NCBI GenBank assembly: GCA_963693365.1
Contig: CAVNZM010000002.1
Coordinates: 17,579,615-17,643,614 of the forward strand
Length of the DNA stretch: 64,000 nucleotides
From: Amoebidium appalachense
Taxonomy: Eukaryota > Protista > Ichthyosporea
Direction of reading: 5' to 3'
Of the stretch, positions 56,082 to 64,000 are shown in pieces (positions within the stretch are counted from its first letter, which is position 1; every line of letters starts with the position of its first letter). A program made the translations under genes and the position numbers. A model generated the notes under the pieces. It was not told the origin of the DNA, ran no database searches, and saw only the letters and a list, made by a program, of their open reading frames with translations.

Positions 56082-56210
56082 TGGAATGCACTCACATCCA
56101 CATACATGGGATGCACTCAACTCCACGTGGGATGCACTCACATCCACATACGTGGGATGCACTCACATCCACATACGTGGGATGCACTCACATCCACACG
56201 GGATGCACAT
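56082..56210. repeat. ~25-bp minisatellite (GGGATGCACTCACATCCACATACGT) x ~5
   Basis: Tandem units, each containing the inverted repeat GGATG...CATCC. Confidence 0.85.
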
Positions 56211-57659
56211 GGTCCCGACTGAAAGTGGCCTGCCAGCAGTGCCAGCCCACTCACTGCCAATGTGCCACGTAGACACGTGTTGCTGGCACAGTGCCGGTTG
56301 CGCAATCAGTCTGCCAGTGCTCAGCAAGGCCTCCTACAAGTACATAAACTTCATCGACAGTGACTGCAGGAGGCCTTGGTGCCCACTGGGCCCAGTGACT
56401 CAGGAGTCAACAGGCGTGAGGCAGTTATTTGTTACGTCATTATGACGATCACTATTCTACACATTCCTTCGACTCGATAGTCACGTTACATCTTACTCGC
56501 TTGATAAATTTAAAATGGTCAGTGGTCACGGATATATCCGGATACAACAAATAGCTGTTTGGCTGTGATCCTAGACGACCCACAAATACAGAATAGCCAC
56601 ATTTCAAATATAATTCACAGTCCCAAGAACTGTGAGCCCACGTCGCATGCAGGGCACATGAAGTTGTATGCCAATCAATACATACTGCTAGCATCAACAG
56701 GAATGTCATTGGACACCCTAAAACACAGATATGCCAAGACCCCCCCATAAATTAGAAATTGCATGGGATAATGAAAATTTCAGATATCTAGATGAATGAT
56801 CATGACTGATCTTGCATCTAACTAGTTGAAAACGTGGCTGTTGGTGACCGCTTTTAAACCATTTATACTGGGGAATACAACTTCAATAACATAATTAACA
56901 TTGGCAATTTTGACGCGAAAAGCAAACTCGACATCTCTACATATGTGGGCTTTTTGTTGTGTAGGGGGATGCAATTTAGTAATGGTATGCTGAAGTGACG
57001 TGCCTGTCGTCACGGTATGTGAGTATGTGACTGTGAGGCGTGAGCAGTTGGTGGCACAGGCAGTCGGGGCACGCCCGTGAGTGTGTACACGTGGTTTCAC
57101 AGAACAGACCCGGTATATATTTGGCATGTATGGCACTATGGGTACACACTGAAAACATACAGTTGCACGAAACTCATTCTTGGACAACGGCAGCATCCTT
57201 AAGCTTCGAATTCTTCTGTTCAAGATTAGGACAGACTCGAACCAACAGTTTTACCTATCCCATACTGCTCTTGGTGAGTGCCCTTTCAGTTCTCAGGACC
57301 CACCGTCACGGGTGGGCCTACTCTTCAAAGTTAACCAAAAGACTCCCTTGTTGTGCAAATGGACATGGGCATGCGTACAGTTTCTTTCTTCATCCCACCA
57401 GCAAAGGCATAACGCATGGCTGGTGCAGCACTGGTTTCATGGCAATTATCGGCTGCTCACTTGCCGTGGCGTGGATCCAAGCCTAGTTGAAAAGCCAATC
57501 GATGAACAGTTGCATAATGGATTTTTAGGAGTATCGAAATAAGCCTCTGCTTAAGATGTATAGTAAACTCAGGTAGCAGCTGAGCCATGGTACTGCAATA
57601 TCAGCACAGCCACACACACTGACCTCATCCTTCCCCACCCAGCAGCTAGACAGTCGAAA

Positions 57660-62177
<4,518 letters not shown>

Positions 62178-62497
62178 TTTGCAGCCAATTAGATAGGGGG
62201 CTAGTCGCCCATATTAGGTTTGAACGTAGTGTGTATAGACGTAGTATGTACAAAGTAGAATGATTTAAGTAACAGGCACCAGGTTGTGTATGCTGCCATA
62301 TGGGACCCGGTTAGTGCCTGATGTTGTTTCGTTTATTTAGTTTAGCAGTTTTAGGATTTTTCCAAATTTAGCAACTCTGAAGGACCCCCCAATAGCCCTA
62401 GCCTAAGTGATATCTTCAGTTTACGTGTGTAATCCAACCATCACCCCCCACTGCCAGCACAAAATGCCGGCCACTTCGTTTTGTGACAGCCCACCAA

Positions 62498-63218
62498 TCA
62501 CATCACTCGCATGCTAACCCGTCGGTTCTCATTGGTGGCTTTCTGCTGTGCCATCATGAGCGACCAATAAAGCAAACCGTGGCAATACATGTGATACCCA
62601 ATCAAGTCCAAGGGCTTGTTATCATGATATTGAGACGCCTGCGCATGTCCCCCCCCCCCCCCCCACAAGCACGGAAAGACACAACTTTCCCCCCATTCAC
62701 TTGAACATTGACTGGTCCTCTCCTCAACGACCCGTACAGGCACATGTTGGATACCGCTGATGAACACGTATTCATTAGTCACAACCCCCCTTTCCCGGAC
62801 GACACATGTACAGACACACACACACACACACTCTTGCTCTCTCAGCTCTCTCCCTCTCTCTCTTGTCCCCTCCCCTCCCCCCCCCCCTCTCCACCCTCCA
62901 CAAATGGCATGGTCTCGCATCCAACCGACTGGTCCCACACCCCCGTCATATCCAGACACCCCACCATACATGCGAGCACCGATGCATTGGAATGGTTCAT
63001 ATACTTGTCACTAACATCTACGGTGTGACCCTCCCCCCCACTCCCTAACCCCCCTTCCCCCTTCAGAATCCCTCCCCCCCCCCCGCAGTTTAGCCGTCAC
63101 TAACAGATAGTTCTAACGTAGGCCACTACCCCTCGTATGCCACCAATGGCATGTAACCGTATCATGGCCATGAAAAAAAAACGTTGACAAACAAAAAAAA
63201 AATAATAATCCCGAAGGT

Positions 63219-63255
<37 letters not shown>

Positions 63256-63903
63256 TTGCCAGTGGCACCACACACACACACACACCACTACATACAACCA
63301 TCACCACTGCCACTTTAGAGAAAATTGCGTACTTATTGATATCCCCCCTCCTCCCCCCCGCCCCCCCCCCCCCCCCAAAAAAAATACATGTCCGGATACA
63401 CATTCATGGTCAAACCAGTGAACAACATATTACACCATATCATATATCATGATACATAGCATGGTGGTGTGTGTGTGTGTGGTGTGTGTGTGCACGCGCG
63501 CACCTCACGCGCATGTGTATGCGTGTGAGCATGCGTGTATGCGATTATGTACGTCTCAAGTTCCGTAAACGAGTCCCGCACACTCGCACACCTGTGGATG
63601 CTCATCTGCACTTTCACACCATTCACATGCACAAACTTAGCATAAACATACACGTACTAAGGACACATTGTGAAGATGACCACGTGCACACACACAGAGA
63701 GAGACATACACACACGGACACAACCTCGTTTTCGGAGAACAAGCCGTGTATGTCAAGGGTCACGCTCATAACAGTATTGGTTTCCAACAGCAGTACCGCC
63801 TTTACACCACCTGTTGCTGTAGCCTCAGCATGGATCTTATGTCTAGATCTTTCTCTGTGTCTGCAACTACGTAACGATTCTGCAACACCGCTACTATGGG
63901 GCT
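62498..63903 (-). CDS. Possible 3' exons of an unidentified gene entering from beyond the window end
   Basis: Non-repetitive, stop-free segments bounded by AG/GT near 63903-63725, 63017-62895, 62756-62701 and 62638-62498. Phases are not fully reconciled and no domain was recognised. Confidence 0.25.
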
Positions 63904-64000
63904 GCATAAGCACACATTCGAAACGAAGGTGTGGGGAGGAGAAGGAGGACTCTGCGTGAACGGGCGCGCTTCATGAACGGTGGGACGCAACGACCAGAAG

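Overview
Eukaryotic, intron-rich genomic DNA. Gene content and degenerate GT-AG splice signals are compatible with a unicellular opisthokont/holozoan, but the taxon cannot be fixed from this window. Introns are packed with (CA)n/(GT)n, (CT)n/(GA)n and poly-G/poly-C tracts, so most of the supplied ORF track is noise. Manual splicing gives six credible genes: IER3IP1/Yos1 (-), a ~1250-aa ZZ-zinc-finger protein with Pro/Gly/Arg-rich and DPR repeats (-), a UBL-domain BAG6/CIP73-like protein (+), a KLHDC10-like Kelch protein with a BC-box (-), a C1-RhoGAP (+) and a ferric reductase/NOX-family flavocytochrome (+). Non-coding features include four minisatellites, a TIR-bounded MITE-like element and a dispersed ~65-105 bp element that is always attached to G-homopolymers. 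The main leads are that G-tract-embedded element family, acceptors directly abutted by (CA)n plus nested complementary microsatellites in introns, two apparent +1 frameshifts in C-runs (most likely assembly errors), a possible WDR82-type DPR array, and a RACGAP1/CYK-4-like C1-GAP cassette. No prokaryotic-type systems, tRNAs, rRNAs or CRISPR arrays were seen.
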